Assembly (NCBI GenBank): GCA_041661795.1 | Contig: JBAZTS010000001.1 | Span: 39,459-103,458, forward strand | DNA from: Minisyncoccota bacterium | GTDB lineage: Bacteria; Patescibacteriota; Minisyncoccia; UBA6257; JAGOQP01 | Length of the DNA: 64,000 bases | Reading direction: 5' to 3' | Shown: piece after piece, positions 19,819-28,618 of the stretch | Layout of the letters: every line of letters begins with the position of its first letter | Numbering within the stretch: position 1 is the stretch's first letter | Program-made: the position numbers and the translations under genes | The notes under the pieces: generated by a model | Seen by the model: the letters and a program-made list of their open reading frames with translations, nothing else | Database searches by the model: none | Told to the model about the DNA's origin: nothing

Positions 19819-21096
19819 CTAAGATCGTAACTTTTTATTTTCTGCCACGCTCGTTCCCGCTACAAAACCAGTAGTCCAACATAACTGCAAACTATATCCT
19901 CCCGATGGACGATTGATATTAAGCGCATCACCGATGATATATATCTGTGGCACGATGCGTGATTGCATTGTTTTGAAATTTATTTCTTCAAGCGCAACTC
20001 CCCCAGAAGACACGATGGCTTTATGTGCCCCCAACAGTTCCTTGACGTGCATTGGGATTGATTTTAGACATTCAACAATTTTTATTCTGTCCTCATGTCG
20101 TATGCTGTGATTTTTTGTTTCACCATCTATGCCGGTTAATGTAAGAATTGTTGGAACAAGAGCTGATGTGACAAGTTCTCCCAATGTATTTTTTAATTTC
20201 TTGTTACTTTCGGAGATTAGAATTTTTTGAAGATTTTGCCTAAGCGCTCCATGGTCAAGTTTTGGGAATAAATCAAGAACAATAACCACTTCTCCGTTGT
20301 ATAATAACTCTCCAACATCTTTACTCATATTAAGCACCGTTGGCCCGCTTATTCCAAAATGCGTGAATAATAACTTTCCTTTTTGAACGCTTTGTTTTTT
20401 ACCATCTTGCAATACAGTGAGCTTAATATCATTAAGCGTTACTCCCGCCAATCTTTTTACCCATCCATTTTTTATTGCAATAGGAACAAGCGCGAAATTG
20501 TTTTCTGCAATCGTATGTCCCATTTTTCTAAGCCATCCAAACCCTTCTCCGGTTGAACCTGTTTCTGGGCGTGACGTGCCTCCCGTGGCGATAATACATG
20601 ATTTTACTGTCAATGCTTTTCTTTTTTTGAGTTGAAGCGTGACACGTTTTTTATTTTCATCAAGAGAAAAATCAACAACCGTTGCATTTGTTTTCACTTC
20701 TACTCCACCCTTATTCATATATTTAATCAACACATTCAACACCGATTCTGATTTATTTGAAGAAGGAAACATTCTTCCTTCCGCTTCTTCTTTTGTTTTC
20801 ATTCCTTTGTGATTAAAAAACGCAAGAGTTTTTATAACGTCAAATTGTGAGAATGCGGACATAAGAAATTGATCGCTCCCTTTGTATTGCGTGGCCAAAG
20901 TACGGATATCTTTTTTATTATTTGTCAGATTACATCGTCCCCCGCCGGTTATAAGCAATTTTTTTCCAAGTATCGGATTTTTTTCAAGCAACAAAACAGA
21001 GCAACCCAATTCAGCCGCTCTTCCTGCCGCCATCATTCCTGCCGGACCTCCGCCGATAACAACAACGTCATATTTATCTTTTTTTACCATAACCAA
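19819..21096 (-). CDS. HI0933/YhiN family flavoprotein
   Basis: GGGPAGMMAA, GKKLLITGGGRCN and SGGYSLQ. Confidence 0.92.
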   Translation of the reverse strand: MVMVKKDKYDVVVIGGGPAGMMAAGRAAELGCSVLLLEKNPILGKKLLITGGGRCNLTNNKKDIRTLATQYKGSDQFLMSAFSQFDVIKTLAFFNHKGMKTKEEAEGRMFPSSNKSESVLNVLIKYMNKGGVEVKTNATVVDFSLDENKKRVTLQLKKRKALTVKSCIIATGGTSRPETGSTGEGFGWLRKMGHTIAENNFALVPIAIKNGWVKRLAGVTLNDIKLTVLQDGKKQSVQKGKLLFTHFGISGPTVLNMSKDVGELLYNGEVVIVLDLFPKLDHGALRQNLQKILISESNKKLKNTLGELVTSALVPTILTLTGIDGETKNHSIRHEDRIKIVECLKSIPMHVKELLGAHKAIVSSGGVALEEINFKTMQSRIVPQIYIIGDALNINRPSGGYSLQLCWTTGFVAGTSVAENKKLRS

Positions 21097-22315
21097 AACG
21101 GCCCGATGACCTTCTCGTATTAAATTGCTGATTTGAATCGTATGGAAGATTGGGTAATTTTGAAACAGGCAAACGAAGCCTGGTTAATTTCTCTATTTCC
21201 CTGATTTTGGCTCCTTGCTCGGGCAGAACAAAAGAAATGGCTTTACCGCTCATGCCGGCTCTGCCGGTTCTTCCGATACGATGGACATAATCTTCTGAAT
21301 TTTCAGGAAGGTCAAAGTTAATAACCAACTCAATGCCTTTTACATCTATGCCTCGTGAAGCGATATCGGTTGCCACAAGCACTCTGTATCTGCCGAGTTT
21401 GAATCCTTCTAACGCTTCTTTTCTTTGCCCAAGTGATCTGTTTGAATGTATTTCTGTGGCAGAAATTCCAACATTACGCAACTCATTACAAATTTTTCTT
21501 GCGCCAAATTTGATTCTTAAAAAGACCAGAACGCTTCCTTTGTATTCTCCAAGTAATTTTATTAATAGTGAAACTTTTTGATTTTTTTTAACAACAAATA
21601 ATTCGTGCTCAATATTTTTAGCGGTAGTTCCAGATTTGGCTATCTCTACTCTAATAGGAAGCTTCATGTGGTTGCTGGCAATTTTTACAATACCTTCAGG
21701 CATGGTTGCCGAAAACAGCATGGTTTGCCTGTCTTTGGGCATTATTTGCAGTATTTTATTTATCTGCGGAGCAAAGCCCATATCAAACATTCTGTCGGCT
21801 TCATCAAGAACCAGGATTTTAACATCATTCAAGCTTAGAGTTCTTTGTTCAATATGGTCAATGATTCTTCCTGGAGTACCAATAATAACATGAGGATTGC
21901 CACGGATTGCCTGAATTTGAGGACGAATAGGAGACCCGCCAATTAGTACAACAGTTTTTATACCAAATCCCCTTCCTATTTTTTGTATGGATTCATTTAT
22001 TTGCAAAGCCAATTCACGAGTTGGCAATATAATCAGTCCTTTTCCCTGCCTACCGGCAGGCAGACCATTTCCTATTTTTAAAATCTGCTGAATTAAAGGA
22101 ATACCAAAAGCCAAGGTCTTACCCGTACCTGTTTGAGCTATACCAATAATGTCTTTGCCATCAATAGCTGCAGGAATTGCTTTATGTTGTATTGAGGTTG
22201 GGATTTTAAATCCTAATTTTAAAAGCACGTCAAGGATTTTGGGAGCTATTCCAAGACCACCAAAAGTCATTTCTGTCTCATTTAATAGAGGTTTATCCGT
22301 TTGTTTTGATATCAT
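21074..22315 (-). CDS. DEAD-box RNA helicase
   Basis: AQTGTGKT, PTRELA, TPGR, DEAD, SAT and HRIGRTGRAG. Confidence 0.96.
   Translation of the reverse strand: MISKQTDKPLLNETEMTFGGLGIAPKILDVLLKLGFKIPTSIQHKAIPAAIDGKDIIGIAQTGTGKTLAFGIPLIQQILKIGNGLPAGRQGKGLIILPTRELALQINESIQKIGRGFGIKTVVLIGGSPIRPQIQAIRGNPHVIIGTPGRIIDHIEQRTLSLNDVKILVLDEADRMFDMGFAPQINKILQIMPKDRQTMLFSATMPEGIVKIASNHMKLPIRVEIAKSGTTAKNIEHELFVVKKNQKVSLLIKLLGEYKGSVLVFLRIKFGARKICNELRNVGISATEIHSNRSLGQRKEALEGFKLGRYRVLVATDIASRGIDVKGIELVINFDLPENSEDYVHRIGRTGRAGMSGKAISFVLPEQGAKIREIEKLTRLRLPVSKLPNLPYDSNQQFNTRRSSGRFGYGKKR
22045..22064. repeat. 20-nt palindromic insert in-frame in the helicase (LPAGRQG)
   Basis: cctgcctaccggcaggcaga is 18/20 identical to the insert at 31280-31299. 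Confidence 0.75.
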
Positions 22316-22344
22316 AAAAATGCAACTAGTTTTGTGAGGTGATC

Positions 22345-22464
22345 TTATTTATGCCTTTTGTTTTTCTTTGCTTCCAACATCAGTCGTTTTACCGCCAACC
22401 GCTTCTTGGTTTTGTGGGAATGTGTTTTTTTAGGTTTACCCACGCCAGTGACTCTTTTTGCCAT
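22345..22464 (-). CDS. 39-aa highly basic small protein (not in ORF track)
   Basis: MAKRVTGVGKPKKTHSHKTKKRLAVKRLMLEAKKNKRHK; lies directly upstream of the helicase on the same strand. Confidence 0.6.
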   Translation of the reverse strand: MAKRVTGVGKPKKTHSHKTKKRLAVKRLMLEAKKNKRHK

Positions 22465-22523
22465 ATGCGTATTATATTGATTAGTTAATTATTCTTTGAG
22501 TGTATCAGAAAATAACAGCAAAA

Positions 22524-22556
22524 GAAAATAGCGCCAATAATATGGGCGCTATTTTC
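22524..22556 (-). terminator. intrinsic terminator after the SWIB gene
   Basis: gaaaatagcgcc...ggcgctattttc stem. Confidence 0.7.
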
Positions 22557-22575
22557 TAGGTTACTGCTTTTGGTC

Positions 22576-22830
22576 CTAGGAAAGATGTTTTGAAACGAGT
22601 TTTGTCATCTCAAACATATTAACAGTCGCTTTGTCACCAAAAACTTTCTTTAGTTTTTCGTCGGCGTTGATATTTCGCTTGTTGGCTGGATCTTGGAGGT
22701 TATTCTCCTTGATGTATACCCACAGCTTTTTGACGACCTCTGACCTGGGCATTGGCCCCTTGCCGATTACAGCGGATAGCTCTTCGCTAACGTTCATCGG
22801 CTTCATGAACGCAGAATTTGTTTTTATCAT
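22576..22830 (-). CDS. stand-alone SWIB/MDM2 domain protein
   Basis: RSEVVKKLWVYIKENNLQDPANKR.I.AD motif. Confidence 0.92.
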   Translation of the reverse strand: MIKTNSAFMKPMNVSEELSAVIGKGPMPRSEVVKKLWVYIKENNLQDPANKRNINADEKLKKVFGDKATVNMFEMTKLVSKHLS

Positions 22831-22880
22831 TGGTTTAGTATACCAAATTCAATTTGAATTTACCAGAAGACAAGAGAAAG

Positions 22881-23387
22881 TTAAAATGCTTTAAATGTTT
22901 TTGTTATTTCTACCGCTTCGCCCTGTCCCAAGACATCAGTAAATCCTACCCAACGTGGAGGAAGGGCAAAAATATATTTTTGATTTTCGCCTAATTTGCT
23001 TGGACCAATCGGCGCAGCGCTAACAGCTAAATTCTCTGCTTTGATTAATTCCCACTCTGCCTTGGTGAAGATTAATATGGGAACATCCTGCCAGGATTGT
23101 TCTTTGGTCCATTGCGGACTTCTTATAATAATCTTTGGGCCATAAATAATTTCATCATTATTGGACAAAATTCTTCCTTCCCAAGATTCCGTTATAATCG
23201 AATATCCTTTCCAAATATAAGTCAGTGTCAACTCAAATCCATATTCATCATTTATATACTTTCTAATGAATTGGTCTGTAAGCACATCTGGAGCGAATTT
23301 TTTAGAAGACGAATCATACCACAACCATATTCCCCCACCAACTAATATTATTGCTATTACTAAGATTAAAATAATTTTTTTGTTCAT
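22881..23387 (-). CDS. hypothetical membrane-anchored exported protein
   Basis: N-terminal TM followed by Y.N.EYGF (PsbP-like start). Confidence 0.7.
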   Translation of the reverse strand: MNKKIILILVIAIILVGGGIWLWYDSSSKKFAPDVLTDQFIRKYINDEYGFELTLTYIWKGYSIITESWEGRILSNNDEIIYGPKIIIRSPQWTKEQSWQDVPILIFTKAEWELIKAENLAVSAAPIGPSKLGENQKYIFALPPRWVGFTDVLGQGEAVEITKTFKAF

Positions 23388-24217
23388 ATTTCTTTTTCTA
23401 CTGTGCCGGTCTTTTTATCTATAGTGTACCAGCCAAATGTTGCGGTATGAGACGAGCCATCTACCTCCTTCACTATTTCAAACACGTGCGCTCTCCAACT
23501 ATCATCTCCTTCTTCAATTTCAATCGTTGCTTTCTTATCAGATTGGGCGAGCATTGTTTCGTATTCTCTTATTTCTGGTAATAATTGCACTTTTATGCGG
23601 GCTGATTCGGCTCTATTTTTTGTCGGCCAATAACTTGAAATTATTTTGTCTAGAATCGGACCATATTCTTCTGCAAATTCAGCAAGAACATTGCTATCGT
23701 AGAAATATATTGTCCCATCTGGGATAAATACAACGATTTCTTTAAAAAGCCACTTAGTACCATTTTTATCATTAAAAGAACCGGTGGCCATATAACTATT
23801 CACATTACTTTCCGCATCTTCATACTTCCACTCAAATGTATTTATACTAAATTGTTTGTCTTCCGTTAATGATTTTTCCGCTTCCATCATTGCTACTGCT
23901 CGCGATGAAAAAACCTTAAGGCGTTCATCGTGTCCGGTTTGTATTCCAATAAAGGCCTTTCCTGACGGTTCAAGAATAAATTCAACAGGTCCCGATTTTT
24001 GGGAAGTATCTACTATCCAATCTTTTGGATAACTCATGGTAAAACCATATTCTGAACTAAATTCTGTGGTTTCATAATTTAACGGCTTTTCCATTTTGGA
24101 TTCATCACCGGAGCTGTTCATTGATACTTCAAAGGTTAAAATACCGCTAGCAAAAAGCGCTACCACAACAACCACAACAACACCCAAAACAATTAAGATA
24201 TTTTTTGATTTTTTCAT
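23384..24217 (-). CDS. hypothetical PsbP-like exported protein
   Basis: N-terminal TM and YGFTMSYPKDW motif. Confidence 0.65.
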   Translation of the reverse strand: MKKSKNILIVLGVVVVVVVALFASGILTFEVSMNSSGDESKMEKPLNYETTEFSSEYGFTMSYPKDWIVDTSQKSGPVEFILEPSGKAFIGIQTGHDERLKVFSSRAVAMMEAEKSLTEDKQFSINTFEWKYEDAESNVNSYMATGSFNDKNGTKWLFKEIVVFIPDGTIYFYDSNVLAEFAEEYGPILDKIISSYWPTKNRAESARIKVQLLPEIREYETMLAQSDKKATIEIEEGDDSWRAHVFEIVKEVDGSSHTATFGWYTIDKKTGTVEKEI

Positions 24218-24261
24218 ATTTTTATTCTACCGCGCCCGTCAAAAGCTTGCAATTTGTAAAT

Positions 24262-24426
24262 TTAGCTCAGAGTTGTCTTGTTTTTTATCACGCCCACAAT
24301 ACCGATAATAAACACCAAAAGTCCAAGCAATTGCCCTCCGGGACTATCGTCAATTTCACCATATACAAACATAAACACCCCAAATAATATGACTAGAATG
24401 AAGAATAATATTTTACCTTTATTCAT
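24262..24426 (-). CDS. 54-aa two-TM small protein (not in ORF track)
   Basis: MNKGKILFFILVILFGVFMFVYGEIDDSPGGQLLGLLVFIIGIVGVIKNKTTLS; starts 7 nt after the upstream stop. Confidence 0.65.
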   Translation of the reverse strand: MNKGKILFFILVILFGVFMFVYGEIDDSPGGQLLGLLVFIIGIVGVIKNKTTLS

Positions 24427-24433
24427 TACAAAA

Positions 24434-25306
24434 CTAGATATTACTTTTTTTCACAGACAACCTACCTAACATTATTCCGACTAATAATAGAACAATCGCC
24501 ACAAACAATCCGATTAAATAATAATACATATTATTAGAGTCGCTATCAGTATTTTGGTTGGGTGTATTAGTGTTATTATTTTCAATATTGCTGTTTAGTT
24601 TGTCTGGCTCAAAAACAACTAAAGTGCCTTCGTTGGGCGCCAGAGCCCAGTCACCTTTGTAATAACCACCCGATATTGAGCTTTTATCTAAATTATCCAC
24701 TCCTCCAACAACGTACAAAGTTTCATATGTATAACCACTCTCCCAACAATCACCCTTGGTTGAAAGCAATAAAACTATTTTTTTATCAAAACCGGGTATC
24801 GCATATCCTGCAAAAGTGAAGGGTTGCTCTAAATTACATCCGGTCACAGGAAAATTGGTTACTTCTTTGCCGTCCTGATAAACTGAGGCCTTAAAATTAG
24901 CTAGAAGGATTTCGTCAGTATTAGGATCGTATTTTTTATAATCTACAAGATTTACATCAATAGAGATTCTGTTTTTGATTAAATTGATAGGAGTTAAATC
25001 CTTAAAACCGGAAGTGATATTACTGATGATTAAATTAACGGCAGAAACGTCATTTAATTTTTCTCCTTCGTCACAAGAATAAACCATTTGGGACTGACCG
25101 GTAGCCAATGACATTTTCATTAATTCCGGAGGACAACCTCTCCCACCTTGGTCAACTCGTATATAGTAGACCGATTCATCTACTGGATTATATTTAAATC
25201 CGTAAATAAAAGTGGGTCCTCCCACGGTAGCTTCCACGTCATTTACCAGAACACCCCCAAAAACCAATACTGCGAACATTGCCACTAAAATATATTTATA
25301 ATTCAT
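24434..25306 (-). CDS. hypothetical exported protein with C-terminal TM anchor
   Basis: Signal peptide, four Cys, Asn-rich linker, C-terminal TM. Confidence 0.75.
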   Translation of the reverse strand: MNYKYILVAMFAVLVFGGVLVNDVEATVGGPTFIYGFKYNPVDESVYYIRVDQGGRGCPPELMKMSLATGQSQMVYSCDEGEKLNDVSAVNLIISNITSGFKDLTPINLIKNRISIDVNLVDYKKYDPNTDEILLANFKASVYQDGKEVTNFPVTGCNLEQPFTFAGYAIPGFDKKIVLLLSTKGDCWESGYTYETLYVVGGVDNLDKSSISGGYYKGDWALAPNEGTLVVFEPDKLNSNIENNNTNTPNQNTDSDSNNMYYYLIGLFVAIVLLLVGIMLGRLSVKKSNI

Positions 25307-25335
25307 ATTTAGTAATTTAATATTAATTATCGTTA

Positions 25336-25400
25336 TTTCAATTATATCAAAGTTCTAACATCTTATCCAGATATAAAAAACGCCATAAAGACGTTTTTTA
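25336..25400 (-). repeat. promoter module copy 1 (46-bp direct repeat plus hairpin)
   Basis: 25336-25381 matches 26957-27002 at 44/46. Contains GTTAGAAC-N2-TGATATAAT on the minus strand, followed by aaaaaacgccataaagacg, which resembles the E/G left arm. Confidence 0.8.
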
Positions 25401-25418
25401 TTCTGTCCCATTCTTCAA

Positions 25419-26954
25419 TTATTGCATTTGTGCTTTTAATGCGACAATTTGAGTTATTAAAGAATCTCGTGTTGCAGTATCAATGGTATTGTTTAATTGA
25501 TTCTGTAAAACACTGATTTGCTTTGATATGGCGTTAATTTTATCTCGGATTGCTTGTACTTGCGCTTCTAAAGTAGTAATTTGCGTTGTTAAATAATCTC
25601 GCGTTGCAGTATCGGTAGTATTATTTAATTTATAATATAAGGCGCTAATTTGCATCAATAAAGCGTTTATTTTTTCTTGATTAGTTGATGAAGCAGAAAT
25701 TACTGGGGTTTGACTCTGGGAGTGTAAGCCAAGACCGTTGGTATTTATTGATGTAGCTGAAATTACTGTGGTAGTAGTGTCGGAAGCGCCTTGAAGTATT
25801 TTCACTTGCGTTTTTAATGCGATAATTTGCGCTATCAAAGAATCTCGTGTTGCAGTATCAATAGTATTATTTAATTGATTCTGTAAGATACTAATTTGCG
25901 TCTGTATATTAGCTATTTTATCTTGAGTGGCAGACGTAGTCACAATTGTACCGTATCCTCCTCCGCTCGTTGTCGTAACAGGAGAAGATACCGAAATAGT
26001 AGGAGTGGTGACCTGAGTATTATTTTGTCCCGCTATAATACTAAATTCCGTATCGCTGAAATCGCCAATATAAGAAATCACATCACAAGAAGCATAAGAA
26101 CCCTCAACATAAATTGATATTGTATAATTGTTCCCCAGGCCAGGCCATGATTGAATGTTACTTGGAATCGTATACGTATAACTTTCCAAATTTGTGGTAA
26201 CTCCTATTAATTGACTGCTATTCACCCCCGTTTTAGTTGTCGGCGCGTCATATCCCTTGTTTAAATAAACCAACAAAGCTTTATTTCCGACAATATCTTT
26301 CGCAGAATATTTTATAGTATACGTTTCGCCAACCTGCCACTGCTCCCCTCCGTTCGGAGAAAGAATCTTAATAACAGTAGGAGTGAATGGAATTTGAACG
26401 CCCACTGGGGTTTTGCATGGCGTGGCTGGGGTTGTGGAAGAAAAATTTGATATCGATGTGATTGGTGTAGTAGATATAGCTGGTGTGGCTGAAGTTGCCG
26501 AAGTTGCTGGTATTCCTGTTCCGGAAGAAGGAGTGGCTGGTGTAGCGGGAATAGCGGCCACAAGAACATTTAATTTCTCTTGAGTTTTAGGTCCAACCAT
26601 TCCTACGGACTCGATACCGTTCTGCTCCTGAAACTTTTTAACAGCTACTTGAGTAAGTGGTCCATAATATCCAGTAATCAAGCCGTTGGGATAGCTACCT
26701 GTAAAGTTTTTTAAAAACTCCTGTAGTTTTTTTACATCGTCTCCAGTAGCTCCTTGTGCCAGGGCTCTACTAAACTTAAGTTCAATTTTTACAGTTTGAA
26801 CCTCAATTTGAAGATCTGCTATCTGTGATTGTAATGATTGTATCTGGGTTTGAAGTTGTTTAATTAAAGCTTGTAAATCAGCCGTTGAGTCAGTTGTTTG
26901 AGCGAACGTTAATAATGGAAACATTAGAGCTAGAACAAATAAATATTTTTTCAT
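25419..26954 (-). CDS. peptidoglycan-binding surface protein with internal repeats
   Basis: Signal peptide, G.DVKKLQEFL..TGYYGPLT..AVKKFQ PG-binding domain, SPNGGE domain, three DTATRD coiled-coil repeats. Confidence 0.85.
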   Translation of the reverse strand: MKKYLFVLALMFPLLTFAQTTDSTADLQALIKQLQTQIQSLQSQIADLQIEVQTVKIELKFSRALAQGATGDDVKKLQEFLKNFTGSYPNGLITGYYGPLTQVAVKKFQEQNGIESVGMVGPKTQEKLNVLVAAIPATPATPSSGTGIPATSATSATPAISTTPITSISNFSSTTPATPCKTPVGVQIPFTPTVIKILSPNGGEQWQVGETYTIKYSAKDIVGNKALLVYLNKGYDAPTTKTGVNSSQLIGVTTNLESYTYTIPSNIQSWPGLGNNYTISIYVEGSYASCDVISYIGDFSDTEFSIIAGQNNTQVTTPTISVSSPVTTTSGGGYGTIVTTSATQDKIANIQTQISILQNQLNNTIDTATRDSLIAQIIALKTQVKILQGASDTTTTVISATSINTNGLGLHSQSQTPVISASSTNQEKINALLMQISALYYKLNNTTDTATRDYLTTQITTLEAQVQAIRDKINAISKQISVLQNQLNNTIDTATRDSLITQIVALKAQMQ

Positions 26955-26956
26955 AT

Positions 26957-27002
26957 TTTCAATTATATCAAAATTCTAACATCCTATCCAGATATAAAAA
27001 AC
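26957..27002 (-). repeat. promoter module copy 2
   Basis: 44/46 identical to 25336-25381; extended -10 lies 7 nt before the ATG at 26954. Confidence 0.8.
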
Positions 27003-27065
27003 AACCGCCTCGGGATAAACCTTAGCGGGAGCAGTGGAATCTGCTCAGTCCTAATGTGCTCGGTT

Positions 27066-27443
27066 CTACTGGTAGAAAGTCAACCGGAACTTGTTGCTGA
27101 TGTGATCGCTCACTCCTCCTCCCTTGGGACAAAACGTCATCCTCCGCCATTCACCCCACCCGCCTTGGAACTCCTTGGTTCCGTTGATGAGAAACTTCTC
27201 TCCGATCCTGACGATCACCCCTTCCGGATGAGACCGCCACTCGTTGAAGTTGCCTTCGTAGATCAAAGTTTTGCCGTTGAGGAGAAGCCTCCTACCCAGT
27301 CGAATGATCACTCCTTCGGTGTGCCACCAGAAAGAATCCCAGGGACCCTCGTAGAGGACAATGCTGTCCCCTGGTTGGACTTGGGAGAGTAACTCATCAA
27401 GAGTCTCTCCTGTTGCAACAGTAATTGTTCTCCTTAGTTGCAT
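27066..27443 (-). CDS. hypothetical protein with tandem ~30-aa repeats
   Basis: YEG.....HxEGVI.R.G...L.NG repeated; strong SD (AAGGAG); GC-richer DNA. Confidence 0.7.
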   Translation of the reverse strand: MQLRRTITVATGETLDELLSQVQPGDSIVLYEGPWDSFWWHTEGVIIRLGRRLLLNGKTLIYEGNFNEWRSHPEGVIVRIGEKFLINGTKEFQGGWGEWRRMTFCPKGGGVSDHISNKFRLTFYQ

Positions 27444-27476
27444 CGCTTTCTCCTTTCCTTACAGAAGTTGATGCGT

Positions 27477-27641
27477 TCAGTGTTGCTTGTTCTCCTCCAC
27501 TGTGATCCCGAAAGCATCCTGGTGGTTGAGAATAAGATTTCCGATAGCTTCGTACAGGCTCTTGCCACATCCCCAGATTCCGTTGTGGTCATCCAGGCAG
27601 ACGTGATAGTCATCACTTCTGCGAGTTACGATGATCTTCAT
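27477..27641 (-). CDS. 54-aa hypothetical protein (frame differs from ORF track)
   Basis: GAGGAGGTG SD before the ATG; MKIIVTRRSDDYHVCLDDHNGIWGCGKSLYEAIGNLILNHQDAFGITVEENKQH. Confidence 0.7.
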   Translation of the reverse strand: MKIIVTRRSDDYHVCLDDHNGIWGCGKSLYEAIGNLILNHQDAFGITVEENKQH

Positions 27642-27658
27642 GATCACCTCCTCTCAAC

Positions 27659-27687
27659 AAAATAGCACATATAGTGCTATTGGTCAA
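27659..27687 (-). promoter_or_regulatory. promoter with palindromic operator in the spacer
   Basis: TTGACC-17 bp-TATTTT with TG extension; aatagcac-N5-gtgctatt palindrome. Confidence 0.5.
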
Positions 27688-27693
27688 TCTTTT

Positions 27694-27724
27694 GCTCCGA
27701 CTGATGGACAATATTAGAACTTGT
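27694..27724 (+). repeat. cassette site A
   Basis: gctccgactgatggacaatattagaacttgt; 24/27 identical to site D. Confidence 0.9.
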
Positions 27725-27795
27725 TTTTACAACTCCTGCATTATTTACCCAAAATAAATTTTATATTATTCATACTTATTGATAGAATATAGTTA

Positions 27796-28560
27796 ATGAC
27801 TAAAAAAATAGAGTGGTTAAAAATTTTAGGTCTCCTTGGCTATGTCTTGCTTGCTTGTATATTTATACTTATTTTCCGACCACCATATATTCTGACGATA
27901 ATAATAGTTTTGGTCCCACCAAGTATTGTTAATTTTTTATGGCTTAAAAATTCTAAAAAAAGAGTGTTGATATTTTCTATCGTTACCGCCCTGCTTTTTG
28001 GACCACCCATCGAACTCGCTCTTCGCCTCGCAAATGCGTGGGATGTTCAATCATTCTTTTTCCGCCCCCTCGGAATTATACCTTTAGAAAATATGCTTTT
28101 TGCTTTTTTAAATTTTTTCTGGGTAATAAGCTTTTATGAATATTTTATAGACCGATCCAAAGAGCAAAAGATATCAAGAAAATTCAAATTCCTTGTTGGA
28201 CTATATATTCTCTTATTAGTAATTGTATTCGGCACATTTATACACAATCCTACTTTAATTGCTATTAATTATGCAGTTGCTTCTATACCTATACTTATAA
28301 TCCCGTCCCTGATAATTTATTTTAAAAATCCAAAACTTCTTAAAAAAATAGTAATACCTATTCTTTTTTTCGCAATAGTATTTTTTGTCTATGAAGTAGT
28401 GGCATTAATAATTGGTAACTGGTGGTGGCCCGGTGAATATATTTATCCCGTAACAATATTTGGTAAAATATTTCCCCTTGACGACGCATTTATCTGGTAT
28501 TTCCTCTCAACTGCTACATTAATTGGTGGCTACGAATTTTTTGTTGATGATTTCAACTAA
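27796..28560 (+). CDS. multi-pass membrane protein with two lycopene-cyclase-type membrane repeats
   Basis: Duplicated W...G.IPLE / W.WPG..GKIFPLDD motifs; about 8 TM helices. Confidence 0.65.
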   Translation: MTKKIEWLKILGLLGYVLLACIFILIFRPPYILTIIIVLVPPSIVNFLWLKNSKKRVLIFSIVTALLFGPPIELALRLANAWDVQSFFFRPLGIIPLENMLFAFLNFFWVISFYEYFIDRSKEQKISRKFKFLVGLYILLLVIVFGTFIHNPTLIAINYAVASIPILIIPSLIIYFKNPKLLKKIVIPILFFAIVFFVYEVVALIIGNWWWPGEYIYPVTIFGKIFPLDDAFIWYFLSTATLIGGYEFFVDDFN

Positions 28561-28617
28561 AAAATAACCAGTATTTAATCTGATTATTTTCAAAGCTCCG
28601 ACTGATAGACGACATTA
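28561..28617 (+). repeat. cassette site B (type-1 left arm plus truncated right arm)
   Basis: 28595-28617 is 23/23 identical to site D; 28561-28600 is 35/40 identical to 31799-31838. Confidence 0.9.
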
Positions 28618-28618
28618 C

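Noticed and set aside
27434-27616. 60-aa ORF in the track (and plus-strand ORFs 27054-27392, 27438-27665)
   Set aside because: Another minus frame (27477-27641) has a strong SD and a more protein-like sequence; the plus-strand ORFs are antisense shadows
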